From Myxococcota bacterium (GTDB lineage: Bacteria; Myxococcota_A; Polyangia; Nannocystales; Nannocystaceae): DNA of 64,000 nt. The stretch spans positions 139,873 to 203,872 of the forward strand of contig JBCCHT010000027.1 in the NCBI GenBank assembly GCA_039028615.1, in the 5' to 3' direction. Under the pieces are notes generated by a model. It searched no databases. It saw only the letters and a list, made by a program, of their open reading frames with translations, and was not told the DNA's origin. Positions 1 to 10,416 of this stretch are shown piece by piece. The position numbers and the translations under genes are program-made. Each line of letters opens with the position of its first letter. Position 1 is the first letter of the stretch.

Positions 1-68
1 GGCGCGCCCGTAGGCTCGTCCCGGGTTCGGTCGGGAGTATCGTTGTGGGCCCGTTTACGGCCGAATCC

Positions 69-1226
69 ATGCGTGCATCCACCGCCCAGCCCGCCACGCG
101 GCGACGTCTCGATCGCATCGTCGGCGTCTACGAAGGGGCCCGCCCCGGCAAGACGGTCATCGCGATCGGGGGCATGCACGGCAACGAACCGGCGGGCATC
201 GAGGCCATTCGTTCCGTCTTGGGACAACTGCGGGAACGCGGCACCGACGTGGCGGGCAAGCTGGTGGGCGTCGCCGGAAACCTGCAGGCCCTGCAAGCCG
301 ACCAGCGCTTTTTGACGCGCGACCTCAACCGCGGCTGGACCGTCCGCGACTGCGAGCGCCTGGCCACACCGAGCGCCGCCGACACCCCCGAAGACCTCGA
401 GCAACGCCAGCTGCTCGAAGTGTTCGGGCCGCTCGAGGCCGAGTCCGACGAGCCTCTGGTCTTCGTCGACCTGCACAGCACCTCGGGACCGGCCGCGCCC
501 TTTTCGATCATCCCCGACGTCGAGCGCAACCGTCGGCTCGCCTTGTCGCTGCCCATTCCCACCGTGCTCGGTCTCGAGGAGATCCTCGAAGGGGCGATGT
601 TCGGCTACCTCTGCGACCGCGGCCACATGGGCCTGGCCGTCGAGGGCGGACAGCACCGCGATCCCGAGACCGCCGCCCGACTCGAAGCCGTCGTGTGGTT
701 GACCATGCTCGCCGCGGGCACCATCACCGCCCACGACGTGCCCGACCTACGGGGCCAACGAAAGTGTCTGCGGGATGCCACCGCCGGACTCCCCACCGCC
801 GTCCGGGTGCGACACCGCCACGGCCTCGACGACGAGCAGTCGTTCGAGATGGTGCCCGGCTTCGACAACTTCTCCCCCGTGCGTCGCGGCGAGCGACTCG
901 CCCAAGACGAAGACGGACCCGTGCACGCCGACTTCGACGGGCTGGTCATGCTTCCCCGCTACCAGGGCCAGGGCAACGACGGGTTCTTCCTCGCCAGCCG
1001 AGTCACGCGACGCTGGCTGACGCTGTCGGCCGCGGCTCGCCGCGGGAAGATGGAGCGCTGGCTCGCGCTGTGGCCCGGCCTCGCGCGCGTGCCGTCCGAG
1101 CCCAACCGGCTCCGGTATCGAGGCACCGAGCCGCCGCCGCTCATGCTCCAGACCCTGCGCCTGCTCGGCTTCCACGGCATGAGGGCCAAGGCCGCCGGCC
1201 TCGAGTTCTTCCGCCGTCGTCCCTGA
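69..1226 (+). CDS. Succinylglutamate desuccinylase/aspartoacylase family (M14-type Zn hydrolase)
   Basis: GGMHGNEPAG, DLNR, VDLHSTS and VEGGQH motifs. Start taken at ATG 69; the ORF track starts at 45. Confidence 0.85.
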   Translation: MRASTAQPATRRRLDRIVGVYEGARPGKTVIAIGGMHGNEPAGIEAIRSVLGQLRERGTDVAGKLVGVAGNLQALQADQRFLTRDLNRGWTVRDCERLATPSAADTPEDLEQRQLLEVFGPLEAESDEPLVFVDLHSTSGPAAPFSIIPDVERNRRLALSLPIPTVLGLEEILEGAMFGYLCDRGHMGLAVEGGQHRDPETAARLEAVVWLTMLAAGTITAHDVPDLRGQRKCLRDATAGLPTAVRVRHRHGLDDEQSFEMVPGFDNFSPVRRGERLAQDEDGPVHADFDGLVMLPRYQGQGNDGFFLASRVTRRWLTLSAAARRGKMERWLALWPGLARVPSEPNRLRYRGTEPPPLMLQTLRLLGFHGMRAKAAGLEFFRRRP

Positions 1227-1289
1227 AATTCCCCGACGTCCTCCTGGACAACTCAATCCGGCCTGCTACGTTTGTCGGCTCGTGCGGTC

Positions 1290-1721
1290 ATGGCCGATCA
1301 ACTTCCCATCGCCGACGGGGTGTGCATCCCCGCGTCGGACCTCGAGTGGTCGGCCGCGCGTGCGGGTGGCCCCGGTGGGCAGAACGTAAACAAGGTCGCC
1401 ACCAAGGTCGATCTTCGCTTCGATCTGCCCGGCACCCGGGCGCTCAGCGAAGCGGTCAAGGCCCGCCTGCGCGGTCTCGTTGCCAATCGGCTCGATGCCA
1501 CCGGTCGCGTGGTCATCACCAGCCAGGCCGGTCGCTCGCAGGCCGACAACCTCGAGGATGCGCGTCGCAAGCTCGCCGCGCTCATCGAGCGCGCGCTGCA
1601 TCCACCCAAGCGTCGTCGGGCCACCAAGCCCACCGCCGGGTCCAAGCGGCGGCGGCTCGAAGCCAAGCGTCAGCGTAGCGACACCAAGAACGGGCGCGCC
1701 CGCGTCCGAAATCACGACTGA
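1290..1721 (+). CDS. arfB: Alternative ribosome rescue factor ArfB (YaeJ), peptidyl-tRNA hydrolase
   Basis: ARAGGPGGQNVNKVATKVDLRF GGQ motif and basic C-tail PKRRRATKPTAGSKRRRLEAK. Confidence 0.93.
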   Translation: MADQLPIADGVCIPASDLEWSAARAGGPGGQNVNKVATKVDLRFDLPGTRALSEAVKARLRGLVANRLDATGRVVITSQAGRSQADNLEDARRKLAALIERALHPPKRRRATKPTAGSKRRRLEAKRQRSDTKNGRARVRNHD

Positions 1722-1782
1722 GGTCGGCGGGGGCTGGTGACCCCGAGGTCGCTCGGCGACCGTTGCTAGGCTGGACCCCGCG

Positions 1783-4713
1783 ATGGGGGACCCGACCCAG
1801 CGGCGCCATGCGACCCGACCGCTCGAGGATCCCCGAGCGAACGCCAGCGCCTCCGGGTCCCGGGCGATTCCCAGCCGGGTCGGTCGCTTCGTCGTGCTCG
1901 AAGCCGCGGGCGAAGGCGGCATGGGGCAGGTCCTCGCCGCGTACGATCCCGTGCTCGATAGGCGGGTCGCTCTCAAGCGTGTGCTCGCGCGGCAGGCCAC
2001 CGCCGTCGCCCGAGCGCGCCTGCACCGAGAGGCGCGCGCGATGGCCCAGCTGTCGCATCCCGGGGTCGTCGCGGTCCACGACGTACTCGAGGTCGATGGT
2101 GATCTGTACGTGGCGATGGACTACGTCGAAGGGCGAACCCTGCGGGCGTGGCTCGCTCAGCGCCCGCGCCCCTGGTCCGAGCTGTTGCCCCTACTCGTCG
2201 CCGCCGGTCGGGGCCTCGCCGCCGCCCACGACCAAGGCTTGGTGCATCGCGACTTCAAGCCGGACAACGTGCTCGTCGACGAGCAGCAGCGGGTTCGGGT
2301 CACCGACTTCGGGCTCGCCACCACCGTCGCCGACGAGCACGACGAGACACCGCGCGGTCCATCACCCGCCGAGGCCCTGGGCTCGATCACGCGTACGGGC
2401 GCGCTGCTCGGCACGCCTCGCTACATGGCCCCCGAGCTTCTGCGGGGCGAGCCGGCCGATCCCCGCTCCGATCAATTCGCGTTCTGCGTGACGCTGTACG
2501 AAGCGCTGTATGCCTGCGATCCCTTCGATGGCGAAGCAACGGCCAGCGACCGTCCCACGCCCGCCCCTCGGGCCGGGGCCGCTCCCGAGTGGCTGGCCTC
2601 GGCCGTCCTGCGGGGGCTCGCGCTGGAGCCTCGGGATCGCTGGCCATCGATGGCCGACCTGCTCGCCGAGCTCGAGCGACCCCGTACCCGAGGACGACGC
2701 TTCATCGCCGCCTCGGCGCTGGTCGGCGCCACGTTGACCGGATGGTGGGCCCTGAGCGACCGCGAGTCCTGCGAAGGCGCCGAGCAAGCCCTGTCCCAGC
2801 ACTGGAACGATCAACGACGCGCCACCCTTCGCGACGCCATGCTCGACACCGAGTTGCCGCTGGCATCCGAGTCCTGGTCGAGGGTGGAACGAGAACTCGA
2901 CGACTGGGCACAGCGATGGCGAGCGGGCTACACCGCGGCCTGCGAATCCCATCGGCGATCCGAACAATCAGATGGCCTCTTCGATCGCCGGGTCGCCTGC
3001 CTGCACCAGCAGCGCTGGGCCCTGGCCGCCGCCACCCGCGTGCTCGAGGCCCCGGATGCCCGCGTCGTGCAGCGAGCGGCCCGAGCCGGAGGCGAGCTTC
3101 CTCCGCCCGAAGCGTGCGCGCGCGTCGAAGTGCTGCTGTCGGGCGCGGCCGTGCCCGAAGATCCCGAAGTCGCCCGAGCGACCCACGCCCTGCGCGAGCG
3201 CTTCATCGAGGCCCGCACGCGGGCGGACTTTCGCGGACACCACGACGAAGCGGTCGCCGCCTACGACGAGCTGATCGCCGCGCTCGATACAGAAGCCCTG
3301 CAGGCGACCTCGCTGCACGCCGAGCTGCTGCATGCCCGGGGCAACGCCCGCTCGGGCACCAACGCGGTCGAAGCCGCCAAGGCCGATCTACTGGCGGCCT
3401 ACACCGCCGCCGAGCGGGTCGACGACGAGGTCCTCAAGGCCCGAGCCGCCTCCACTCTGGTCGACTTGGTGGCGCGCCGTGGCCTCGCCCTCCCCGACGT
3501 CGAAGCCTGGGCGCAGCTCGCCGAGGTCATCGTGCAGCGAGCCGAGCCCGAGGGGCGGACCCACGGCACCGTGATGTCCGTCCTCGCCAAGCTGCGGCTG
3601 CACCAAGGTCGCTACGACGACGCCATCGCCCTGGCTCGTCGCGCCCACACCCTGCTCGCGGCCAGCTACGGTCGCGAGCACGCGCGCGTCGTGGTGCCGC
3701 TGACCACCGAAGCCACCGCGCAGGCGGGCCTCGGCGACCTCGATCGCGCCCTGGCCCTGCACCGACGCGCCGCAGAGCAGCTCGCGGTCGCCCTCGGCCC
3801 TTCTCACCCCGAAGTCGCTGCCGCCGAGTTCAACCTCGGTAGCTTGGAGCTCGAGACCGGCCACCCCGAAGCCGCCATCGCCCGCTTCGAGCGAGCCCTG
3901 AGTCGATGGCGTGAGGTCTTGGGCGAAGACCACACTCGCGTCGCGGGGGCGCTGTTCGGGCTCGGCTCCGTCTACGACGCCCAAGGCCGGCTCGACGACG
4001 CCAAGCGCCACTACGAGCAGGCCAGGGCCATCTGGGAGGCTCAGCCCGCGATCGAAAAGGGCAACCTCTCCGTCGTCTACAACAACCTCGCATCGCTCGA
4101 GGCTCGGCACGGTCGCTTCGAGCAGGCCTTGCCGCTATTCGAACGTTCGGCTGCCCTCGAGCAGGAGTTCCGTGGGCGCGAGCATCCGGCCTACGCCGAA
4201 GCACTCGGCTCCTTGGCGGCCATCCACCTCGACCTCGGACACCTGCCGCAAGCGGAGGCCCATGCCCGCGAGGCGATCGCGTTGCTGCGCAAGACGGTGG
4301 GCTCCGATCACCCGCGGCTCGTGTCCATGCTCGCCAACCTCGCTCAGGCCCAGTCTGCACGTGGGGCGCACGTCGAGGCCCAGGCCAACGTCGAAGAGGC
4401 CATGGCTCTGGCCGAAGACGAGCCACGACACCTCGATCTGTGGGGGCGCCTCGCCTCTTTGCGGCTGGACCAAGGAGACCCAGCCGGGGCCCGCGAGGCC
4501 CTCACTCAGCTCCAACAGCGCCTGCGTAGCGCCGACGTCGAGCTGCCCGCGGCCGAGCAGGCTCGCGTGCTCTTCGTGCAGGCTCGGCTCGCCGAAGATC
4601 CCAAGGCCGGCCGCGCCCTGGCCCAGCAAGCCCTCGATCGGCTGAGCGCCGACGACTCGGCCCCCACCGCCGCCCAAGACGAAATCCGAGCCTGGATGGC
4701 GGAGACCTTCTGA
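1783..4713 (+). CDS. Hanks-type Ser/Thr protein kinase with TM segment and C-terminal TPR repeats
   Basis: GEGGMGQV, VALK, HRDFKPDN, DFG and GTPRYMAPE motifs; hydrophobic segment; repeated LGPxHPxVA TPR units. Confidence 0.93.
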   Translation: MGDPTQRRHATRPLEDPRANASASGSRAIPSRVGRFVVLEAAGEGGMGQVLAAYDPVLDRRVALKRVLARQATAVARARLHREARAMAQLSHPGVVAVHDVLEVDGDLYVAMDYVEGRTLRAWLAQRPRPWSELLPLLVAAGRGLAAAHDQGLVHRDFKPDNVLVDEQQRVRVTDFGLATTVADEHDETPRGPSPAEALGSITRTGALLGTPRYMAPELLRGEPADPRSDQFAFCVTLYEALYACDPFDGEATASDRPTPAPRAGAAPEWLASAVLRGLALEPRDRWPSMADLLAELERPRTRGRRFIAASALVGATLTGWWALSDRESCEGAEQALSQHWNDQRRATLRDAMLDTELPLASESWSRVERELDDWAQRWRAGYTAACESHRRSEQSDGLFDRRVACLHQQRWALAAATRVLEAPDARVVQRAARAGGELPPPEACARVEVLLSGAAVPEDPEVARATHALRERFIEARTRADFRGHHDEAVAAYDELIAALDTEALQATSLHAELLHARGNARSGTNAVEAAKADLLAAYTAAERVDDEVLKARAASTLVDLVARRGLALPDVEAWAQLAEVIVQRAEPEGRTHGTVMSVLAKLRLHQGRYDDAIALARRAHTLLAASYGREHARVVVPLTTEATAQAGLGDLDRALALHRRAAEQLAVALGPSHPEVAAAEFNLGSLELETGHPEAAIARFERALSRWREVLGEDHTRVAGALFGLGSVYDAQGRLDDAKRHYEQARAIWEAQPAIEKGNLSVVYNNLASLEARHGRFEQALPLFERSAALEQEFRGREHPAYAEALGSLAAIHLDLGHLPQAEAHAREAIALLRKTVGSDHPRLVSMLANLAQAQSARGAHVEAQANVEEAMALAEDEPRHLDLWGRLASLRLDQGDPAGAREALTQLQQRLRSADVELPAAEQARVLFVQARLAEDPKAGRALAQQALDRLSADDSAPTAAQDEIRAWMAETF

Positions 4714-4717
4714 TAGC

Positions 4718-6088
4718 GTGCCTTCGACGATGGGCTCTCGATCCTCCGCTCCGCCGCCCGCCACCCGCCAGCTCGGTGAGCACGAACAGCTCCACCAGCG
4801 CTTGGGGCGAGGCCTCGTGCGGGTGCTCAGCGGGCCCGATCGCGGTGCCGAGGCCGAGTTCCGCGGTCGCCGGCTCACCGGAGGCCGAGCTTCCGTCAAC
4901 GATCTGCGCCTTCGCGACGATGCGGTCAGCGGCGCGCACTTCGAGTTGGTACTGGGCGATCGCGGCGTCTGCCTGCGCGACCTCGGCAGCACCAACGGCA
5001 CCTTCGTCGGCAACGCGCGACTCGGCGAGGCCTGGATCGAAGCCGGCGGCATCTTTCGTGTGGGCACCACCGAGATTCAGCTGGTCGCGGCCGAGCCCAT
5101 CGACGTCGCGCTCTCCCCGGACGACCGCTTCGAAGACCTGCTCGGTCGCAGCCCGATCATGCGCGAGCTGTTCGCCCTGCTGTCGCGGATCGCCCCCACC
5201 CCCATGGACGTGTTGATCGGCGGCGAGACCGGGACCGGCAAGGAGCTCGTCGCCCGTGCCCTGCATGCGCGCTCCGAACGAAGCGAAGGCCCGTGGGTCG
5301 TGCTCGACTGCGCCTCGCTGCCCCGCGAGCTGGCCGAAGCCGCAATCTTGGGGCATCGGCGCGGCAGCTTCACCGGAGCCATCGAGGACCGCGCCGGGTG
5401 CTTCGAGCGGGCCGACGGCGGCACCGTCTTTCTCGACGAAGTCGGCGAGCTGTCGCTCGAACTCCAGCCCAAGCTCCTGCGCGTGCTCGAGCAACGCCAG
5501 GTCCTCCGCATCGGGCACGACCAGCCCCGCTCGGTGGACGTGCGGGTCATCGCCGCCACCCACCGCGACCTACGGAAGATGGTCGCCGACGGGGAGTTCC
5601 GCGAAGACCTCTATTTCCGGCTCGCCGACGTCACCGTGGAGCTGCCCCCGCTGCGCAACCGCGGGGACGATCCCGTGATGCTCGCCGAGCGCTTCATCGC
5701 CGAGCTCGCGGGTGACCGCGAGCTTCCGCTGTCGAGCGGGGCCAAGGCCGCCCTGCGCAGCGAAGCCTGGCCCGGCAACGTACGCGAGCTTCGCCGAGCC
5801 ATCCGCCGTGCCGTGTTCCTCGCTCCCGGTCCGCAGATCGAGCGCAGCGACCTCTCGCCTGGCTTGCACGGCCCGCACGCCCAAGATCGAGGAGGCGCCG
5901 CCGACGAGCTGTTCGCCCTGCCCTTCCGCGAGGCCCGACAGGACTTCGAGCTGCGCTACTTCCGAGCGCTGCTCGCCCAGACCGACGGCAACCTCAGCGA
6001 AGCCGCCCGCCGCAGCGGATACTCGCGACAAGGCCTGCGGGAGCTGTTGCGACGCCTGGGGCTGTACGAAGACCACGAAGACGCATGA
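4718..6088 (+). CDS. FHA-domain sigma54-dependent activator (AAA+, Fis-type HTH)
   Basis: FHA VSGAH...DLGSTNGT; Walker A GETGTGKE; GSFTGA; LDEVGE; FREDLYFRL; WPGNVREL; C-terminal GNLSEAARR. Start uncertain (4718 or 4730). Confidence 0.92.
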   Translation: MPSTMGSRSSAPPPATRQLGEHEQLHQRLGRGLVRVLSGPDRGAEAEFRGRRLTGGRASVNDLRLRDDAVSGAHFELVLGDRGVCLRDLGSTNGTFVGNARLGEAWIEAGGIFRVGTTEIQLVAAEPIDVALSPDDRFEDLLGRSPIMRELFALLSRIAPTPMDVLIGGETGTGKELVARALHARSERSEGPWVVLDCASLPRELAEAAILGHRRGSFTGAIEDRAGCFERADGGTVFLDEVGELSLELQPKLLRVLEQRQVLRIGHDQPRSVDVRVIAATHRDLRKMVADGEFREDLYFRLADVTVELPPLRNRGDDPVMLAERFIAELAGDRELPLSSGAKAALRSEAWPGNVRELRRAIRRAVFLAPGPQIERSDLSPGLHGPHAQDRGGAADELFALPFREARQDFELRYFRALLAQTDGNLSEAARRSGYSRQGLRELLRRLGLYEDHEDA

Positions 6089-6139
6089 GCCGCGGCCCGG
6101 GCGAGTGAGCCCGAGCCGCGACCGGATACCCGCCGCCGC

Positions 6140-7399
6140 TCAGCAGCTGACGTTGTCGAAGTACGAGCTCTGGTTGTCCGGGTTGGTGACCACGTTGCAC
6201 AGCACGTTGTAGCTGGCGGGCCGAATGCGATGGAAGAAGTGGTTGCCGCCCAGCGCTCCGCGAATCACTCCGAGCACCGTGCGCTCGCCCGTCGCCGCGT
6301 TCCATTTGTACAGCGGGCCGCCGCTCTGCCCGCCGCTACCGTCATGACACGACAGCAACGCGTCCGTGAAGCACTGCTGGACCGGCGCGTTCTCGGTGAA
6401 CGCATAGCCGCCGCACTTGTCCCCGTCCTCGGGCCACGCATCCGCACAGTCGTTGTTCGGGCCCGGATAGCCACGAACGTTGACGTTGTCCCCCACGATG
6501 TCCGTGCAGGACTCGGTGGCGAACGAAGCCGGCGTAGGATCCCACTGCACCGGGCCCGTCGCATCGGGGGCCAGATCGCCGATGACCAGCAGTGCATAGT
6601 CGAAGCGCGCCGTCGTGGGCCCCGAACCGCTCCCGCCGTCCCACGGCACCGGCTTGATGTAGCGGATGATCTGCCGCGCGCCGAAGGGCGTGTCGTCGGA
6701 GTCCAGGATCGTGTCGTCCCCCGAGAAGGTCTTGCCGCGCACCGCCGGCATCACCACCTGGGGCAAGTTCGTCGACCAGTTCCCGTTGCCGTCGGTGACA
6801 CAGTGCGCCGCCGTCAGGAACACCCGCGGAGAGATCATCGACGCCGAGCAAATGCCCCCGGTGGACGTTGCCGTGTTCGCCAAGCGCACCGTCACTTCCT
6901 GCTCGGACGCGCTGGTCACGATCGTACGGTCATCGGGCGTGCCCACCGATTGGCGAAAGCCCTGCTCCTTTGCCTCGCGGTCCGTATCCACCCCCAAGTC
7001 GAAGCCCGGGCGCGGCTCGCCCTCGATGTGACTACGTCGGCTCTCGTAGTGAACCGTGGTCCCCACGCGTTGGCGGAAGGTCCGACCGTCACGGGTCAGC
7101 ACGTCCATGCGATCGTCCTCGGGTTCGGCCTCGGCCGTGAGCCGGAGCCCTCGCGTCGCCTCATGCCGCCACGCCGCGCTCTCGTCGTCGATGCGACCGG
7201 TGTATTCGAAGCGCTCCGGCGACGGCGTGTACTCCAGCGACTCGGCAATCGCCGCCTCGCGATCCGACTCGACCTGGTTTGGATCCAGAGCGTGAACCTC
7301 CTCCGCAACGTCGGAATGATCGCAGCCGGTCATCGTCGTGCATGCGACGAGAGCGAGTGAAGTGAGCGAGAAAAAAAGGGGGGCTTGGGGGGTCTTCAT
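6140..7399 (-). CDS. Secreted trypsin-like (V8/glutamyl endopeptidase-like) serine protease with propeptide, probable lipoprotein
   Basis: TAAHC, FDYAL and GGQSGGPL triad motifs; N-terminal hydrophobic stretch with LVAC after MKTPQ (7399). Confidence 0.85.
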   Translation of the reverse strand: MKTPQAPLFFSLTSLALVACTTMTGCDHSDVAEEVHALDPNQVESDREAAIAESLEYTPSPERFEYTGRIDDESAAWRHEATRGLRLTAEAEPEDDRMDVLTRDGRTFRQRVGTTVHYESRRSHIEGEPRPGFDLGVDTDREAKEQGFRQSVGTPDDRTIVTSASEQEVTVRLANTATSTGGICSASMISPRVFLTAAHCVTDGNGNWSTNLPQVVMPAVRGKTFSGDDTILDSDDTPFGARQIIRYIKPVPWDGGSGSGPTTARFDYALLVIGDLAPDATGPVQWDPTPASFATESCTDIVGDNVNVRGYPGPNNDCADAWPEDGDKCGGYAFTENAPVQQCFTDALLSCHDGSGGQSGGPLYKWNAATGERTVLGVIRGALGGNHFFHRIRPASYNVLCNVVTNPDNQSSYFDNVSC

Positions 7400-7518
7400 C
7401 GATTCGGTGTCTTCCGTGGTCAGTGGCAGGACTGGTGTCGTCGTGCCTCGAAGCCCCCATTGAGCAAACCTCAGTCCGGCCTTCCGCACTCATGATTTCA
7501 AACACTTGGCCGCTGGGC

Positions 7519-7535
7519 TGCCGCTCCCCTGCCAA
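7519..7535 (-). promoter_or_regulatory. Possible sigma54 (-24/-12) promoter for the protease
   Basis: Minus strand TTGGCAGGGGAGCGGCA has exact GG-N10-GC spacing but lacks the TT before GC; the protease gene lies next to a sigma54 activator gene. Confidence 0.25.
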
Positions 7536-7664
7536 GGCGACACGGACCAGCCCTGGTCCGTCCACTGTCCACCATCCGGCCACATCGACCTGCGACTACT
7601 GCCACCGAGGGATGGTTCCGTCGGTTTTTTTCGCCCGTGCAGCCGCCCCTATATCGTCCGCGAC

Positions 7665-8513
7665 ATGAGACGTGGATCTTGCCTCCTTGTCCCCGTCGTT
7701 GGTGCAACGGCGATGTTGGCCTTCACCGGGACCGCCTTTGGCGCCGAAGACGACCCCGCCACCCCGACGGAACGAGTCGCGGAGCCCGAGACCACCGTGT
7801 CCACCCAAGAGGGCACCAAGGTCGCCGGCACTCAAGTCGAAGGCGAAGCCAGCGTCTCGACCGACGGCGGATTCGCAGCCTCGGGTTCCGGCTCCGGCAT
7901 GCAGGGCACCTTCGGTGTCGGTGCCATTCGGACCCTCAGCGGTCTCACCGGCGTCAACTTCCGCTACTTCATGCTCGAGAAGCTCGCCGTCGGCGTCAAC
8001 GTCGGCGTCGGCACCTTCACCTTCAGCGAGAACGACCCCGCCTCCACCGACATGTGCCCGGGCGCGGACTGTACGTTCGAGAACACCCGCACCGTCGCCA
8101 CCCTCGGCATGGGCTTCGAAGGACTCTACTTCCTTCACCAGGGCAACCCCGCCGGTCAGCTCCCCTTCCGAGCCGACTTCGCCATCGGCGGCCGCTTCAC
8201 CTACTTCCAGGTCGTCAACTCCGCCGACGTCCCCGACAACCTCGACGACAACACCGAGTTCGACATCGAAATCCCCGCCGTCGTCCAACTCCGCTTCGGC
8301 GACCACTTCGTCCTGTCCCCCGAGTTCGGCGTGAACTTCATCATCGTCCCCGGCAACCGTGAAGAGGGCGATGTGAACCCGGGTACCTTCAAGCCGGACA
8401 CCACGCTGGCGCCGGGTGATCCGAACGGACCGTTGTCTGGACCTGGGTTTGGGTTTCAGATCACGAACGGGGTCGGGATCTTTGGTGGTGCGAGCATGCA
8501 CTACTACTTCTAG
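7665..8513 (+). CDS. Putative outer-membrane beta-barrel protein
   Basis: Signal peptide (MRRGSCLL...AFG), alternating amphipathic strands, C-terminal aromatic signature MHYYF. Confidence 0.65.
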   Translation: MRRGSCLLVPVVGATAMLAFTGTAFGAEDDPATPTERVAEPETTVSTQEGTKVAGTQVEGEASVSTDGGFAASGSGSGMQGTFGVGAIRTLSGLTGVNFRYFMLEKLAVGVNVGVGTFTFSENDPASTDMCPGADCTFENTRTVATLGMGFEGLYFLHQGNPAGQLPFRADFAIGGRFTYFQVVNSADVPDNLDDNTEFDIEIPAVVQLRFGDHFVLSPEFGVNFIIVPGNREEGDVNPGTFKPDTTLAPGDPNGPLSGPGFGFQITNGVGIFGGASMHYYF

Positions 8514-8534
8514 CGGCGCGTAGCGCTGCTAGAA
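8508..8534 (+). terminator. Terminator-like hairpin
   Basis: TTCTAGCGGCGC-GTA-GCGCTGCTAGAA 12-bp stem over the stop codon between convergent genes; no U-tract. A second hairpin (CGGCCACGC-TT-GCGTGGCCG) follows. Confidence 0.45.
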
Positions 8535-8778
8535 CTCGAGATCGCTGGAACTCGGCCACGCTTGCGTGGCCGTTTCCACGAGGTCTCCAAGTATGCGCTC
8601 ACGCGAGACCCAATCGCTCGCCGCGGCGCCCTCTTGCAGCTCAACAGAGTCGCGAGGCCGGGAGCAGTAGCGCCATCAAACGCCGGACCGGCCGTCCCCG
8701 CCCCCTCTACGTCCTCTGGCCAACCGAACTCCAGCTGCGGTGACGGACGCGCTCGGCGTCCGTGAGCACTCCTTTACG

Positions 8779-9987
8779 TCAGCGCCCCTGCGATGCAACC
8801 GGAACACTCGCATCGATCGTCGGCACGATCTGCGTCATCACAGCCTCCGTGGCTGAGCGGGCGGGCGGCTCGAGGTTCCACGCTTGTAGCATCATCACGA
8901 CGTCGAGTTCGGGAAGTACGATGGGGAACTGGCCACCATAGCCGTTGCCGGCGAATAGGTACGGTTCGTCGGGCCTGTGTCCATCGATCCACCACTGGTA
9001 GCCGTACCCCGGACTGGTCGCGACTTCAGGGTCGATCCTGGGCACGACCGGGGACGTCGACCGCTCGACCCAGTGTTTGGACACGAGCTGTCGACCCTCC
9101 CACTGACCTCCCTGCAACATGAGCTGGGCGATGCGGGCCATGTCGAGGGGGCGAAGATAGAGGCCACCTTCGGTGTCCACTTCGCCCTTCGGGGTCCGTT
9201 TCCAGTAGAACTCGGTGATCCCCAGCGGGGCGAAGAGGCGAGCTTGCGCGAACTCGTCGGCGGGTTGTCCTGTCGCCTCGCGGACGATCTTGCCCAACAG
9301 AACGCTGGCGCCGGAGTTGTAGTCGAAGCGTTCACCGGGCGCTTCACGCATCGGGCGATCGACGACGAAGGAGATCCAGTCGTCACTGAGCTCGAGCTGA
9401 GTGCACGTGTTGTCCGGATCGCTGTACGGTAGAGACTCGTTCCAGTCGATGCCCGAGCGCATCGTGAGCAGGTCCTCGAGGGTCATGGCCGCGCGACGTG
9501 GATCGGTGGCGTCGGGATCGTAGTCGCCGAACCACGACATGGCGGGGGTGCTGACACCATCGGGGATCGATCCGTCGTCGATCGCCATGCCCACGAGAAT
9601 GGAAGTCACCGACTTGGTCACCGACTGTTGGGTGTGAAGATCGCCAGCGCGATAGTACGGGTGCCAGCCTGGATCTTCGTAGTCGTACTGATGGTCGGCA
9701 GTGGCTTCGCGGGGCCCCTGCGGCGCCCCGACATCGAGCCGCTCGTCAACGAGGAGTCGCCCGTGCCGCATCAGGATGAAGTGGTCGAATCGTCCGAACG
9801 CACCCGCGCGCGCATCGTCGAGAAACCGTGTGACGGCGTTCGGATCGATCCCGGCGTCTCGCAAGGCGGTGGCTCGGTCCGCGCGCCTGGTTTCGGCCGG
9901 AGGGTCCGGGTCGTTGGGCGGGCCCGAGTGCCGACAGCCGGCAGCCGAGAACGCGAGGATGAGGAGGAGGGGGGACGTGCGGATCAT
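8779..9987 (-). CDS. Serine hydrolase, beta-lactamase class C / NylB-like family, lipoprotein
   Basis: QSVTKS (SxxK), LLTMRSG, FDYNSG, YGYQWW, GYGGQ; lipobox-like AAGC. Confidence 0.88.
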   Translation of the reverse strand: MIRTSPLLLILAFSAAGCRHSGPPNDPDPPAETRRADRATALRDAGIDPNAVTRFLDDARAGAFGRFDHFILMRHGRLLVDERLDVGAPQGPREATADHQYDYEDPGWHPYYRAGDLHTQQSVTKSVTSILVGMAIDDGSIPDGVSTPAMSWFGDYDPDATDPRRAAMTLEDLLTMRSGIDWNESLPYSDPDNTCTQLELSDDWISFVVDRPMREAPGERFDYNSGASVLLGKIVREATGQPADEFAQARLFAPLGITEFYWKRTPKGEVDTEGGLYLRPLDMARIAQLMLQGGQWEGRQLVSKHWVERSTSPVVPRIDPEVATSPGYGYQWWIDGHRPDEPYLFAGNGYGGQFPIVLPELDVVMMLQAWNLEPPARSATEAVMTQIVPTIDASVPVASQGR

Positions 9988-10416
9988 CGTGGCGTGCGCG
10001 AGCGTGGCGGTCGTCGGGCGGTCGGCGGTGGGCTGCAAAATGGGGCCGCTGAGCGCCAGGTCCTTCCCGCGGACAGGCCGGTGCAATCGCCGCTCGTGAG
10101 CGCCCCCGGCTCCTTATATACGCCGCGCGTTCCAGGTCATAGACGACCCGCTCCGTGCCCACGATGCAGCGGTGGCCCGCGAACTCTTGGATGACTCGGC
10201 CGCGTGCGCCTCGCATGGCGAGCGACGAGCAGCCCGGCGGAGATTTTCGACCCGACGCGAAAATATTTCGATCCGAGCGGGCGCGTCGACCGACTTTGCA
10301 GATGCCGAGCCTCGGGCTGCCGTTGGCGCTTCATCGAGGGGGTGCGGGTTGCGGCCGGACCGGTTCTCCAGGCGAGACGCTCCGCTCATCCGCACGCGAA
10401 CAAACAAGAACGAACC

